A stretch of DNA of 64,000 nucleotides from Hormiphora californensis (taxonomy: Eukaryota > Animalia > Ctenophora). Location of the stretch: the NCBI GenBank assembly GCA_020137815.1, contig CM035361.1, positions 5,704,001 to 5,768,000 of the forward strand, written 5' to 3'. A program made the position numbers and the translations under genes. The notes beneath the pieces were generated by a model. It saw only the letters and a program-made list of their open reading frames with translations, had not been told where the DNA came from and ran no database searches. Positions 1-13,350 of this stretch are shown here, piece by piece; the first letter of the stretch is position 1, and every line of letters begins with the position of its first letter.

Positions 1-392
1 TCAATTGTGACAATTGTGGGAATGTGAATCATTCATCTTGTACCAATAACTCTCTCTGCATTCATTGTGATACCTCATCGGATGAAAATGTTTCAACTTC
101 TCTTGACACACGGATTTTCAACCCTTTCTCTGATCTTCTCACCTCCCGTCATGGGCCACAGGAGGATCACACTAGTTTGCATGCTTCCATAGTCAGTAAC
201 ATTCTTCAGAATTGTAACTATATTAATGGTAATAATCTGACTACTCCTGTGTGTAACTTTTCTGCGATGTTTCTTAACATTGACGGGGTTAAATCCAATT
301 TTGATGAATTTGATGAATTTGTTACCTCTCAATCTCATGGGTCGAATTGTGATTTTTATGCTCTCTGTGAGACTAACATCAAGCCTCTCTGG
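1..392 (+). mobile_element. Truncated non-LTR retrotransposon (CR1/L2-like) fragment: PHD-like Cys/His motif followed by the start of an APE endonuclease
   Basis: Frame +3 reads NCDNCGNVNHSSC..LCIHC (PHD-like), then FLNIDGVKS..DFYALCETN (APE N-terminal N..G and E-T motifs). It is cut off by a (GA)n microsatellite at ~393. Confidence 0.6.
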
Positions 393-394
393 AT

Positions 395-425
<31 letters not shown>

Positions 426-525
426 TAGAGAGATAGAGATAGAGAGAGATAGAGCACGATATAGAGAACGATGATCTAGTCTATGAGATCGATTCTCTAC
501 TCTCGCTCTCTCTCGCTCCTTCTCG

Positions 526-561
<36 letters not shown>

Positions 562-582
562 CTCTCTCTCCTCTCTTCTCTC

Positions 583-618
<36 letters not shown>

Positions 619-670
619 GCTCTCTCTCTCTCTTCCTCTCTCTCTCTCCTCTCGCTTCTCTCGCTCGCTC
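393..670. repeat. (GA)n followed by (CT)n microsatellite
   Basis: Direct reading. Explains the ER/SL-rich spurious ORFs. Confidence 0.95.
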
Positions 671-1252
671 TGTTTTTCACTTTCCCTAAAATTAACATAC
701 GTTAATTTAATTAATTATCATAGCACTGCAGTGCCCCGGCCCAAAAGGGGGGTTGGGGGCAGAGCCCCCACCTTAAAATCCCCTCTAACTCAAAAATAAA
801 AGAGAGAGCACACGGAACCTTCTACCCCACAAGCGCGTTAACCTGCCAGTGCTACTATATACCATTGCAAATTTCGGGGTTTTTGATGCTTTAAAAATGC
901 ATGTTCCAGATGAAGTAGAGGGATGAAATTTTGTACTCTGAGGGCCCTCATATAGGAGAAGAGGCATACAAAATTTCAGAATGATCGGATGTAAGGTAAA
1001 AATTTGCCAGAGGGGGTCCCAAAATGCAAAAATGTAGGGAGGGGACGGGAGGGGGACGGGAGGGGACGGGAGGGGAGGAGATTGAGTGTTCTCCTAAACC
1101 AGAAATAGTAGAGACTTGCCGTTTGGAACATTGGTTCCTTGCATTATTTGGCGTGGTATAGGCTATGTGAAAACTTCGAAATCGCCATAGTTCATTAATT
1201 ATTCATTAATTATTCATTAATTATTCATTTTAATAACTTAATTGCGTTATAT

Positions 1253-1865
1253 CTCCACTTCGGCTCGTCCTAAAACGTTTTCATGGGTATATTCCGACTC
1301 AAAATAGTCAATTTATGGGGGGGTCGTCCCCCGGACAAAAATTCGTATCTCGCACCGTTTAGCCGTTATTTGCATATTTATGCTCAAATTCATGATTTTA
1401 TGCATACCCGTTAAAATGTCCACTTCGGCTGACCCTAGAACGTTTTCTTGGGTATATTCCGACTCAAATAGTCGATTTATGGGGGGTCGTCCCCCCGACA
1501 AAAATTCGTATCTCGCACCGTTTAGCCGTTATTTGCATATTTATGCTCAAATTTATGCATATTCTTTAAAATTTCCACTTCGGCTGACCCTAGAACGTTT
1601 TCTTGGGTATATTCAGACTCAAAATAGTCGATTTGTGGGGGGGTTGTCCCCCGGACAAAAATTCGTATCTCGCACCGTTTAGCCGTTATTTGCATATTCA
1701 TGCTCAAATTCATGATTTTATGCATACCCTTTAAAATTTCCACTTCGGCTGACCCTAAAACGTTTTCTTGGGTATATTCCGACTCAAAATAGTCGATTTA
1801 TGGGGGTCTTCCCCCAGACAAAAGTTCGTAACTCCCACCGTTTAGCCGTTATATGCATATTTATG
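1253..1865. repeat. Tandem repeat, ~160-bp unit, ~3.8 copies
   Basis: Unit starting tccacttcggct... recurs at ~1253, 1419, 1574 and 1739. Confidence 0.9.
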
Positions 1866-1930
1866 TAGCATTCAGATCCCAAAATAAAATCAGGAAAAAA
1901 GTTGTCTCTTTTTTACACCAAAAAGAACAG

Positions 1931-2358
1931 AAATTTAGTCCAAAAACCAATTAAATAAATTAGTTTGGATGCCCGGGCCCATTTGGTGTCACGGGGGTAA
2001 AACCTTTAGGCTACTGTCATAAATGATGAATATCGAGAGAGATAAAGAAAAACAAATTGTGATATAAAGAGTGAGATATATCGAGAAAGACGGAGAAATA
2101 GTAAGAGAAATATAAATAAAAGAGAGAAAAAAAAGAGAAAGAGGGATATATGGAGGTGGAGAGTGGGAGAAAGAGGAAAAGAGGGGGAAAGAGATAGAGG
2201 GAGGGAGAGAAAGAGAAAAGAAAAACGAGAGATGTGTATTGAAAAATAAACGAGATATGCCATTATTTATGACAGTAGCCTAAAGGTTTTACCCCCGTGA
2301 CACCAAATGGGCCCGGGCATCCAAACTAATTTATTTAATTGGTTTTTGGACTAAATTT
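1931..2358. repeat. ~95-bp inverted repeat pair flanking a GA-rich spacer (MITE-like)
   Basis: aaatttagtccaaaaacc...gtcataaatgatg (1931-2027) is the near-perfect reverse complement of ~2261-2358. Confidence 0.85.
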
Positions 2359-2597
2359 AATTAGGTATGTAATATCAGCTGTAACTGATGCATCATATCT
2401 GAGTTGATTAGTTAATGATCCCAATTTAGTTATATTGAGTAAGTTTTATTTAGTTATATGTATGGAAATTTATTTATCGATCATAGCGCTCCTATAAGTA
2501 TACTTTTACCGATGGCTTACTGGCGCAATCATAATTTCAAACGACGTGTTAATGAGAAAATTATATGATAGAATTGTGAAGTGTTACTTTTATTTAC

Positions 2598-4044
2598 CAA
2601 TTTTATCACACTGAGGTACATCATTTGACCATAATCCATCATCCTGACAAGTCAGTGTTGCACTTCCCACTAGGATATGGTTGGCAGTACATTCGATGGT
2701 GGCAGTTGTTCCTGTTGGTGAGGCATCCCAGTTTCCTCGTGTTGATCCCTCAACAGTAAAAGCAGGACACTCAACTGGTTCAAAAATGAAATAGTAATTA
2801 GTAATTGGCGTGAGAAGTATAACACGTTGTAGCTCATTGTCAGGGGTTGCGGGAGGTTTTTTTTCAGGGGGGGGGGGGTGTGGACGATGGAACATTATTG
2901 CGATGACCTTTTTTGCAAGCAAAGTCTACTCGATACGTGCAGTAGCGGGGGTTTCCAGACCACAGTCAGACACTAACGAATATAACTTAATTTTGTTTTA
3001 TGGTACAATGATACAGTCGGACCCCGATTTAGTGGCATCATCGGGGGAAAAAAATCCTGCCACTAAATCGGGGTGCCACGAAATCGGGTTCAAATAATTT
3101 TAATTTCCTATATCGGGGGGAAAAATCCTGCCACTAAATCGGGGTGCCACTAAATCGGGGTGCCACTAAATCGGGGTCCGACTGTATATTGTCGACTGAA
3201 AAATACAAATTGCAGGAGACACACTGAAGTTCGAAGTTTCGCGAAAAACCATTTTTGGCTGGGAAATCATTTGCATGAGGCTAATTTCTTTTATACTGGT
3301 ACATCGAGGTGTCAATTATCCATATAATAATATGTCACCGTTTTTGATATTTTTGGTGAACTGTGACCCTGTGTGTGTGTCACACGTTTGAGAACACAAC
3401 GAGCGTGCCCAACTTCAGTGTCCCTCCTCAGCTCCAGCTGATACAAAGTTACCCTTACCTGCTCTGTAGAAGTCAGATGCTGTGTCACATGATCTCCTCC
3501 ACATCACGAACCACATATGCAAGACAGTTGCCATATGGACTATCTGCAAACAGGTAGTTCAGCACCTCCACATTGTTACATGTGATGTTGATGGCGGTCT
3601 CTGTTTTGGTTATCGTCCAAATCTTATCCACCTCCACCGGGGGTTGCACTGGCAGATCTGTGTAGCTGTTGCAGTGGTGTATATAATACTGCATCGGGGA
3701 GGAGAACTTCACATACAAACTACTGATAAAGGTGCTGTCCTGGTCGTGCATATCCACCCTGATCATCTCATTACTGCCCAGTGTAGAGTCTGTCTTTATC
3801 TGGAGAGGTGTTCCCTCCAGGTCCCAGGGTATCTTCACATCCTTCTCTACAGCTGTCCAGTCTGAAAAAACAACAGACATATTTTTAACTCTAAATAAAA
3901 CTATGTTCTTATGGAACAATACTGTACTGACCACTAAAAATACACAATTTAAAGATAATACTTTATCGAATTAATCTTTGACCAACCTGCAGTGAGAACA
4001 ACTGTTCCACACAATGCAGCTGTGAAGAGAAGGAGACGTATCAT
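2598..4044 (-). pseudogene. Secreted protein: signal peptide + ~135-aa beta-rich domain + Sushi/CCP domain; frameshifted and 3'-incomplete
   Basis: Exons 4044-3987 (MIRLLLFTAALCGTVVLTA), 3861-3459 and 2774-2598 (CPAF..C..C..W..C Sushi) are all GT-AG. At ~3487 the frame hits TGA while the conserved tail DTASDFYRA continues in another frame (paralogue at 25.6 kb reads IKFSSSDTASDSYRA). Confidence 0.75.
3014..3184. mobile_element. Tc1/mariner/pogo-type MITE (TIR CAGTCGGACCCCGATTTA, TA TSD)
   Basis: Terminal inverted repeats flanked by TA on both sides. Same family at 29838-32141, 35049-35116 and 56057-56212. Confidence 0.9.
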
Positions 4045-4920
4045 TTCAACACGCACGTTGTACATACAAACCACTATTATATATGGAATGTTTTACAAAT
4101 ATAAACAAGGTTAAAACTGTGTAAAGGCAATGTGGCTAATGATCTAGCACTATCGATAAGAAATAATTCAATTCTGTCTTTGTAGACACAGGATTCATGT
4201 TTTGAGCTAATATATCATGTATAGTTGAATTATCTGATACGCCCGGACCCCCGGTACAGACTATTATTGTGCTGTTGCGCAATGAACAATACAAGACTAT
4301 TATACAGAGCGGGTGTTATCAGGGAAGGTGGTTTATAAACCACCCCCCCTGCTGATATTTCCCGCAGTCTACTGTGGTATATCAGATAATTCCCTCCCTC
4401 TGTTGTCAGTGCCCATTCACACCTTTCATAATTCCGGGGGTCGGTTTATAAGAAATAACCACGGCTAGTAAAGTGATGAAATTTGATAATCCCCTACGGG
4501 GATTATCACACGATATTCCCCTCGTCGTTTCACTCCTCGTGGATATCTATATCCCCCTAGTTCCATGCACCGAGATTCTGCAAAATTTCAGATATTCTGC
4601 AGATACTTCGCAAAATCTTTTGGATTTTTTTGCGAAGTATTCGCAGAAAAACCAAGCTCCTGAATTAGCCGAATATCTGCAGTTTTGCAGATATCTGCAA
4701 AATAGACGTCGCCCAGTCTGTCAGTTGCAGGCGAAAGGGGGTGCAACCACACTTATATGGGGTTACACACTGAAGGGTCATCAGTTTCATACGGGAAGTG
4801 AACAGCGTAAAAATGATATTGCCCCAGATTTGAAGAAAACAGGAAAAAAAAGTTAAAGCCAAATTGGGACGGATTGGGATCAAAACTGGGATGGAACTTA
4901 AATTTGAACGGACAATGCGA

Positions 4921-4941
4921 CGAGAGAGAGAGAGAGAGATA

Positions 4942-5007
<66 letters not shown>

Positions 5008-5025
5008 AGAGAGAGAAAGAGGGAT
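4921..5025. repeat. (GA)n microsatellite
   Basis: Direct reading. Confidence 0.95.
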
Positions 5026-5549
5026 ATATAATTATAGATAGAAGAGATTTATAATTATGGGTTGTTGAGTAACAAGTTATGGCCCCTCTATCTCACTTAC
5101 TTAGGAAATGATGCGATATCGCAATTAAAATGAACTTTTTAGTCTCGGTATGTTTTTCCGATTCAAAATTGTCTGAAAAAGCGTTCTATGGCCCGAAGCT
5201 TTAGCTCAAAACGGAAAAATTCCAAGCTGTTTTAAATTAGGGACAATTTTTAGTTGTCACCCGTTACACTGACTGATATTTCCGCCCAAAAACTGGTAAC
5301 GATCTACCAAGAGGGTTGTGTAATCGAGCTAAACAAAAGATCAAATTTTCGACTCTTTATTCTGTGGGAAACCACTTACACCTAGATCGCCATCTAGATT
5401 GTCAATTAAAATTAAGATCCCATTTTAGGAGAGGCACACATGGGCCCATAATTGCCAATTCTCCCCGAATCCACCTAGACTCCCTAGGTTAGTGACGCAT
5501 ATCCATATAGGATCATGTCAGCTAATGACATAATATAATGAAGGAAAGG

Positions 5550-8500
5550 AAAAAAAATCAGAAGGGGCAATTTGCTCAACCCAAATTTTGATTTTGGGGA
5601 AGAAAGGCCCATGAATTGAGTTCTTTACGGTCAAAAAAAAAAAGCTGTACCCCATTCGTCAGTATGGGAAATTTAAAAAAAAAGAAACAATAAAGGGGAA
5701 TAAAGGAAGAAAAAAAAAGGTGCCATTTGGAAAAAAGTAAACCCCCTAAAAAGGGAAACCCCAAAAAAGTTTGGGTTTTAAAAGGGGGGGGGAAACCGGG
5801 GGTTTCCCCCCCCCCCCCCCCACCCCCCCCGGGCCCCCTTTTTTTTTCCCTCCCCTTCTCTTTTTTCCCCCCCTTTTCCCCCTTCCCCTTTCCCTCTCTC
5901 TCTTTCCCCTTTCTCCCTCTCCCTCCTCTCTCTCTTTCCGCGCTCTCCCCTCTCCCCCCTTTTCCCCCTCTTTCCCTTTCCCTTCTCTCTCTCTCCCCCC
6001 CCCCCTTTTCCCCTCCCCTCCTCCCCCCCCCGCTCTTTCCTCCCTCTCCCCTTTTTTTCTCCCTCTCCTCCCTTCCTCTTCTTTTTCTTCCCCCTTCTTG
6101 TTTTCCAAAAACCCCCCCCTTTTTTTCCCTTCCTTCCCCCTTTTTAATTTTTTTCCCCCTGAGCTCCTTTTTAAACCCTTGGGGGTTTTTTTTCCCCCCC
6201 TTTTTTTTTTGAATTTTACAAAAAAAATCCCGGGCATGGAGGGAAACTAAGGCAGACCTTCCTCCTGATTAAAAAACCCCAAAAAGGGGTATTCAACCCG
6301 GGGAAAACTTTAGACCCAAAAACCTGCCTTCCGCCTCTAAAAACTTATCGAATTTAATTTTCAAAACCATCCCCCCTCTTGTAAACGGGCCTTTTTCCGG
6401 AAAGAGCAAAGGGGTCCGGGCAAAAAGTCAGGAGTAAGAACAACTAGCATTGCAAACTTACCTACGTCATTGCAAACGCTCAAAATCTTCCTTGTTTTGT
6501 TTTCCATAAACTTACCAAAAGGCATCGCTCGATCCCCCACTCCGGGATCCTTAATTTCAATGGAATTCGGGGATAAACCCTCAATAATCCCCTATTCGAG
6601 TCATCTTTCCCACGTGTTTTGGTCAACATATTCCAATCGGGTAGATTTGGTAAAATTCACTCAAAGGGGCCTTTTCCCAAAGGAACTCCGTCTCCCCTAT
6701 TCACTTTATTTGGGCCTGACCCCCTTCCATGCTCCTCCCCAAAAAGGCAAAAACCCCCAAATCAACCCATACCCCAGACCCCAAATTTTTAATTAACCCC
6801 CCGCCTATACATGGACGATTTTAAGGCTGATGCCAGCTCAAAGAGACCTTCACACCTTTTACAGTCACTGGGGGTTTAACGACTCAACATGCCCTTTTGG
6901 GGTCACCCAAATGCGGACCTAACTTGTGGTGGAGTCAAATCGGATCAGGGAATAAGCCCCCAAGTGGAGCAAACCCCCAGGGGGAAATGGGGCAAAAGTA
7001 CCTCGGCATCCTGGAGGTTTACCTTTCTTATCAAGAGATAACTAAGTCACCCCCTACCCCCCGAAATAAAAAACATTGCCCCCCTGCAAGCAAAACCTCA
7101 TCACAGCAATAAAAACACATGGCATACCTGTTTTTTCCGTTTTACGGTGCCGGAATCGGGACTGGTCCACTTCCAACCCCAGTGGGACCCAGACATGATA
7201 CTATAGATCCGGGTTTGGCTGGCCGTAAATTGCCCGGAAGGTTTTTTTGCAAAAAACTGGGGGGGGGGTTTTTCCAACGGTTAAAGATTCTTGTGGGAAA
7301 GACAGGACTCGTGACTTCTTCCCAAATTTCCACAGACCCCAAGACCCGTCCCTCCACACGGCGATTCATTTTGAAGATAGCTAAATGGACCCCCCAAAAC
7401 GCAGGGAAACCCGAAGGAAACTCAAAGGAACTTTAAGAAATGGAAACACAAATCTTTCATGGAAATTCCTGAACAACTTGAAGAAGGGGGGCGACCCTGC
7501 CGCTGGCCTTTCCCCAACAAAAGCCTCAGCAGACACCGAAGCCCGATTCTTTGGGGGCCCGGATCAACCATTCGCCCCATGGGTTGAGAGCTGCCTACAG
7601 AAAGAATGAATGACTGAGAAGTGGGATCTTCCCCCACACAGTCGGTGGGAAAACCCCTCCTAAACATGCACGAAACTTTCCAACGGAACCTTAAAACCCC
7701 GACAACGATCGGTAGCTTGCTGGGCCCTGGCCCCTCACGGGGAAAAATTCAAGGACCCCCCGGATTTCCAAACCAATCAAATGGGGGACCCCATGCAGAA
7801 AAGTGCCGAGAATAAACGCAAGATCCTCTGGGGTTTCCACATTCAGACGGTAAACCCCTCGAGGCATGTAAAACCGACTTGGTCCCTTTTAACAAAATAA
7901 AAAAGGAAGCCCTGCGTGTCGCTGTTTCCAAGGACGGTCAGTGTCGGCAAGGGAGTGGAAAAATCGAGAAGTACCAAAACTACGGGGGGCTCACACCGGG
8001 AATTTGGGGGTCTTAAAAAAGGCCAGTCATCCCTATCGGATCGGGGTCTTGGGGGAGTCGCCCCCCCCCCTGGAGAAATACCTGCGTAAAAAAAACCCCC
8101 CCCCCAGACCCCTCCCCCCCCAAAATCGGATCTTTCACCGTAACCCCCCCTCCGGGTTTCCCTTTCCCTCCCGTAACCCCCTAGTTGTTTTTTTTTTATA
8201 TCTACCGTTTTCACCCCCCTTTTTGGTATTTTAATTTTTTAATTCCTCCCCCAAATTTTTCCGTAAGTTTGTCTCTTCTTAGGCTCCGTTCCAGATGGTT
8301 GGGCTTCTTTCCAGATAGTTTAGGAGGTCTTATGCTCCGTCTTCATGAGCTTTAATTCCCCTTTAAATATTTTCCCCTTACTTTAACCCATATGTACATT
8401 GTTCAACTTACCCCTATGTACATTGTTCTTCCTACCTTTACTCCGCAGGCCCTCCGGGCCCTCAGATCCAACAGGATCCGGGCTCGGGGGATTTAACCCT

Positions 8501-8600
8501 GTTCCCACATGGGACCTTACGGCCCCATGTGGGAGTGGTGCGTGTAGTGGACCGAGAGAGAGGGTGAAGGGCAAAAAGATCAGCTCGGCGGTCTGCTGCA
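5550..8600 (-). other. Homopolymer-inflated low-quality sequence, probably containing a degraded LINE reverse-transcriptase region
   Basis: Abrupt excess of long G/C/A/T runs. The minus-strand translation near 7142-7369 (RIFNRWK..KNLPGNLRPA..SIVSC) resembles the CR1/L2 WK..PI.K..P.NYRPVS motif. Confidence 0.4.
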
Positions 8601-8622
8601 GTTAGAAAACAAGACCATTAGC

Positions 8623-9122
8623 TTTGGCACACCTGTTTGAGAAGGACATCGAGAGAAAATGAAGAGAGGCAAGGAGGGAAATTTCCCTCACGGAAATTTC
8701 CCTCACGGAAATTTCCCTCGCGGACATTTCTAACTAAACTAGATGTACTCGAAAATTAGCCTTACATGCCAAAAATGAGTAAATTGGCATACTTTGACAG
8801 GAAATATCCACAGAACGGTTAGAGATAGACCATAAATTCCTTCACAACTCTGAGATTAACTTTTTCTTCTGAACAAAATGGCACCAGTGAAAAGTCACTA
8901 AACCACTCCAGAGTGGCTATAGCCATATAGCCAAAAAATAATAGGGGAAACTCTAACTGAATGGCATCCCATTAATGGGATCCCATCAACAGTAAAACGA
9001 AATTGGGATGAGATCGCCGTCGGCACGTAGGTCATTTGACCCCTATATTCCGCCCTCCCTGCCGAAAACTCACTCCGAGAGAGTTCAGAGTATTCGGCAG
9101 GGAGGGCATTTACCCCTCCTAT
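8623..9122. mobile_element. Dispersed repeat copy A (partner at 13351-13853)
   Basis: ~500 bp near-identical to 13351-13853, including the ggaaatttccctcac triplet and the duplicated ORF tail ..FWLYGYSHSGVV. Confidence 0.8.
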
Positions 9123-9223
9123 AGGGGGGAGACACACTGAGGTTGGCCGCGCGCGTTCAACTCTCAACCGTGTGAAACACACTGAAGTTTCGCGGTTTGA
9201 AGTTCCGCGGAAAAGTTCAAAGT

Positions 9224-9491
9224 TTCGCGAAACCCCATTTTCGGCTGAGAAATCATTTGTAAAGTGCTAACTTATTTACTGGTATATCTCTCGAGGTGTC
9301 CTTTGTCCATACCGAGTCAATTTCACCGTTTTAAAATTTTTGGTGAATTGGGACAACTGTGACCGGATTAGCCAAAAATTTCAAAAACGGTGAAATTGAC
9401 TCGGTATGGATAAAGGACACCTCGAGAAATGTACTGGTAAGTAAGTTAGCATCTTACAAATGATTTCTCAGCCGAAAATTGGTTTTCGCGA
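9224..9491. repeat. Imperfect ~120-bp-arm inverted repeat; related half copy at ~3217-3362
   Basis: tcgcgaaacc..cggctgagaaatcatttgtaa..aatttttgg is mirrored as ccaaaaattt..ttacaaatgatttctcagccg..ttcgcga. Confidence 0.75.
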
Positions 9492-10674
9492 TCTACTCTT
9501 GAATTGTTCATACTTTCTTTTTATTCTAATTAAAGCACGGAAACATGGTGTCAAGCAACTCAAATCTTATCAATGCTAGTATGTTACAACTAAAATTTAG
9601 ATTGCCACAACATTTATTCAGGGATTAAAACAAAGCACCTATAATATCAAAAGTTTGCAAACAGAAAGGAACAAAAACAACAACAACAACAGCCATGGAT
9701 TGGGCACGTCGCCCCCACAGAGCGATCCCCTCACACAGCCATGTGGACCACATGCTGCCATCTAGATTCTAGCCCCATGATGGAAAAAAAATTAAAGAAA
9801 TCAGCGGAAGTCCACAAAAAGAGACGGAAGTTAGAGGATGCAATCTAGGACCAGACGGTCGTGCAGTAGTGAAGAAGAAGATACCAGAAGAAATTATGAA
9901 CAAACCAGGACCACCTGCACTGCTTAGCCAAATAGATTTTTCATGGAAATATCATTTAGAATAGCCCGAAGGGCAAACGGGCCAACTAGTTATGTTCTCT
10001 ATTAGGGTCAGCACACACACACAAAAGTTTGATTTTGGAGCCATGGACACACCAGCGCTGTCAAAATTCTCCCTCCCCCATTCTCACAAAAACAATCTCG
10101 CGCACTATTTTGACAGTCGCGTTGGATGACAAAATCAGGTAAGTGGACAAAGTGACCGTTCGCTCAGGGTGTCCTCCACGAACCGTACTAAACTTTTAGA
10201 TCTCGACTAATTAGGCCTTTTGAGTGTGAAAATTGGAGAGCTCTATCGATTTCGTCCACGAACTACAGAATTAGTGTTTGTTTTTTGTGCTTTGAGTAGG
10301 GTTTTAGAGAGGGATTAGTTCCATACTAAAACCCCCTCCACGTGGTACAAGTCACGTGATTTCACGCCCCATTTCACACTGAACCCATATAAGCCCCACT
10401 AACATAACACTAAAATTTAGACTAAACAGGCTGAGAATTTAGCCAACCCAAAGGCTGTCTAAATTGAAACTAAATTTTACTATTGTGGAAATGCGTTCCC
10501 AAAACGACCCCAAAATGACCCAAAATGGCCAAAATGCAAATGGCCACGACTGTCTTTGACATACATGCTTACATGATGAACTTGAGCTAGATACTGAAAT
10601 TGTTTAAAATTGAAAAAATCATTTTAAAGGAACGAGATAAGAGGGAGAGAGAGAATTCCTTATGTGCATATCCC

Positions 10675-11366
10675 GGGGGGGATCCCATGGTATACTTTGG
10701 TATACTTTGGCACTTTCCACAACTTTTTCAGCGATTTTCCATATACCAAAGTATACCAAAGTATACCAAAGTATACCAAGGTATACCAAAGTATACCATA
10801 AAAATTTTGAAAAAGGTAAAATTTAAGCGATAAGTTGACATAAATGACTAAATTTGTAAAACTACATCCTTATTTCTTTATAAGTTGGTAATATAACGCT
10901 TATTAAACCGATTTTTACGTTTTTGTTACATCATCCGGCTAGTGCTTCTAGGCTTGCCACTCGGGTTCGATTCCCGGTGAAGGCAATTTTTGAAAAATTT
11001 TTGGAGACTTTACCAAATACTATTTGAACATTTTCTTGACTTTTTAAAAGTTTTTTATCATACTCAAATGGGTCCCAATTTGTCAAACCCCAGTTTTCTG
11101 ACTCACCATTTTATAGGTAATATTTTCCCTCGATTCTATGAATTTAGCCTATTTAGCACCATTGTCCAATTTTATGAGTCAAGAAAGTTTATATAAAATG
11201 TTTTAAAGCCTTAACTGTTGTAAATTAACACTTTAAAGTACTTTAAAGTTATTAAAAAGATATGGTATACTTTGGTATACTTTGGTACTTTCCACATATT
11301 TTTTTGGGATTTTCCATATACCAAAGTATACCAAAGTATACCAAAGTATGCCATGGGATCCCCCCC
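10675..11366. mobile_element. Non-autonomous DNA transposon with G7GATCCCATGG TIR, 8-bp TSD (CATATCCC) and internal TATACCAAAG decamer arrays (Merlin/MULE-like)
   Basis: TSD at 10667-10674 and 11367-11374. Inverted termini. Decamer repeats in both orientations at both ends. Confidence 0.85.
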
Positions 11367-11539
11367 CATATCCCAGAAATATGAGAGGATATATGAAAGA
11401 GTATAATTAGACAGTACTTCTCAAGATATGTACTAGGGGGCCAAAATGAAATATTATACCGGATAGAATTTGCCTGTATTATGTGTTAACTACCAAAATC
11501 ATAGCAAAAGTATCAAAAGTAAGTAAATATATAGTCTCT

Positions 11540-12130
11540 TATAGTCTCTCTCTCTCTCCTCTCTCTCTCTCCTCTCCTCTCTCATCTCTGTTCATTCTCT
11601 CCTCATCCCTCGCTCTCTCTCTCTCTTCTCTCTCTCTCGGGGGGCAGACCTCAGGAGATTCCTATCAATTTCTCTTCTATCCTTCTCTCTCTCTCATCTC
11701 TTTCTCTCATCTCTCTCTCGCCGCTCACTCCCTCATCTCCCTCAATACCTCTCTCCTCTCTCTGCTCCTCTTCTCTCTCTCTCTGTCTCTTTCTCTCGTG
11801 CATTCCCCTCTCATTCCCCTCTCTCTCAATCTCATCCCCCTCTCATCTCCCCTCTCCCTTCTCCCCTCTCATTCCCTCTTCTCTCCCAAACTCCATTCCC
11901 ATCTCTCATTCCCCCTCTCATTCCCCCTCTCATTCCCACTATATCCCAATCTTTCACTCCCTCGCTCATTATCCCCCTCTCATTCCCCTCTAATTCCCCC
12001 TCTCATTCTCCCCTCTTTCCCAAACTCATTCTCATATCTCATTCTCCATCTCTTTCCCTCATATCTCCCAATCTCTCATTCCCGGTTCCCCCTTTCATTA
12101 TGCCCACTGCCCCTCTCGTTATCCCCCTCT
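11540..12130. repeat. CT-rich low-complexity tract with tcattccccctc motifs
   Basis: Direct reading. Confidence 0.85.
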
Positions 12131-12646
12131 CAGGTGTGGCACTGGCTATTAATTATCGCACATTGAGAATCAAGTGTCCTGATTGGCCAGTGGATCTCTA
12201 TCTCAATTCACACATTACGTTCCACGTTATTGTATGTCACGCTGATATCTTCACGTGATGGAAAAGAGAGAGTGCCCATTGGGTGTCGCATTCTATCACA
12301 TGTATAACACCTCAGTATCACATGGGTCGGACCAAGCCTCGAAACATGTTGTTCGTGGACGGTTATCTAAAGTTTAGCGAGATATTAGTCGCTCACTAAC
12401 TTGACTTCTAAATTTCAACACTAAACTGAATTTAGTTTCGTGGAGGACACCCAGACCTCAATACGTTAGTATTACTAATAGTAAGCAACAGCGCTTCTTC
12501 ATAATGAATAATGAAGTTCATTTACGTCCAAACAAGTAAAAAAGCTGATATTCATTCGTCTGGAGGATATGGGGAAAATTAATTTAACAATCTTAATAAA
12601 AACAATTAAGCCAATATTTGGAGATGGTGGAGGCTGGTGGGGTAGT

Positions 12647-12892
12647 ATATCTTGGTTTCATTGTTCACACCAATAGTGTTGGCGGGTGCGATATGACATC
12701 GAAGACGCTCATTTATTAGACGTTTCGGCTGTACTGCCATTAAAGTTTCAAACTTTCATCAACTACAACGTAAAACTATTTATTGAGCATTATTGATAAT
12801 GGCCGTACAGCCGAAACGTCTAATAAATGAGCGTCTTCGATGTCATATCGCACCCGCCAACACTATTGGTGTGAACAATGAAACCAAGATAT
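12647..12892. mobile_element. Inverted pair of Penelope-like pseudo-LTR ends carrying a minimal type I hammerhead ribozyme motif
   Basis: ~95-bp arms (12647-12742 and 12797-12892). Right arm reads ATTA-TTGATAA-T-GGC-cgtaca-GCC-GAAAC-GTC-TAAT overlapping an AATAAA. Confidence 0.55.
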
Positions 12893-13350
12893 TAAGCCAA
12901 TAAGCCATCAGTTGCCATAGCGACGATGAAATCGGCGTATATAAAGTGAAGAAAAAAAGAGTGCCAGCAGGGAGCAGATTTTGTCATCAGCCCATACTTG
13001 AAGTTTGAGGTGCACCCAGTGTTGAGATTGAGCTCTTGTGTAGCAGTGTTCTAGGGAGGGAGGGAGGGAGGACAAAACGCGCTGGTGGGGGGCCCCCTCA
13101 CGTTGGGGGAAAAAAAGGAAAAAGGGGGGAGGAGGAAAAGAGAGAGGGGTAAAGGAGAAGGGGGAAAAGAAAAGAAGGGGTTTTTGGGGTTAAGGGGTTT
13201 GTTAAAGGGGTTTTTTTATTAAATTCTTTTCCCCCTTTCCCCCCTCTCTCTCTCCTCTCTCTCTTCTCTCTCTCTCTCCTCCCCCTTTTCTCCTCTTCTT
13301 CTTTTTCCTTTCCCCCCCTCTTCTTTTTTTTCATTAAAACAGACCCTTTG

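Noticed and set aside
93-698. Long ER/SL-rich ORFs (also 11483-12166, 23819-24466, 32862-33140, 33867-34187, 51819-52348)
   Set aside because: Translations of (GA)n/(CT)n microsatellites.
5727-6250. Pro/Phe- and Gly/Lys-rich ORFs
   Set aside because: Products of homopolymer-inflated low-complexity sequence.
9960-9990. Helitron-like 3' end (GCCCGAAGGGC hairpin then CTAGT)
   Set aside because: The hairpin is very short, and no 5' end or second copy was found in the window.
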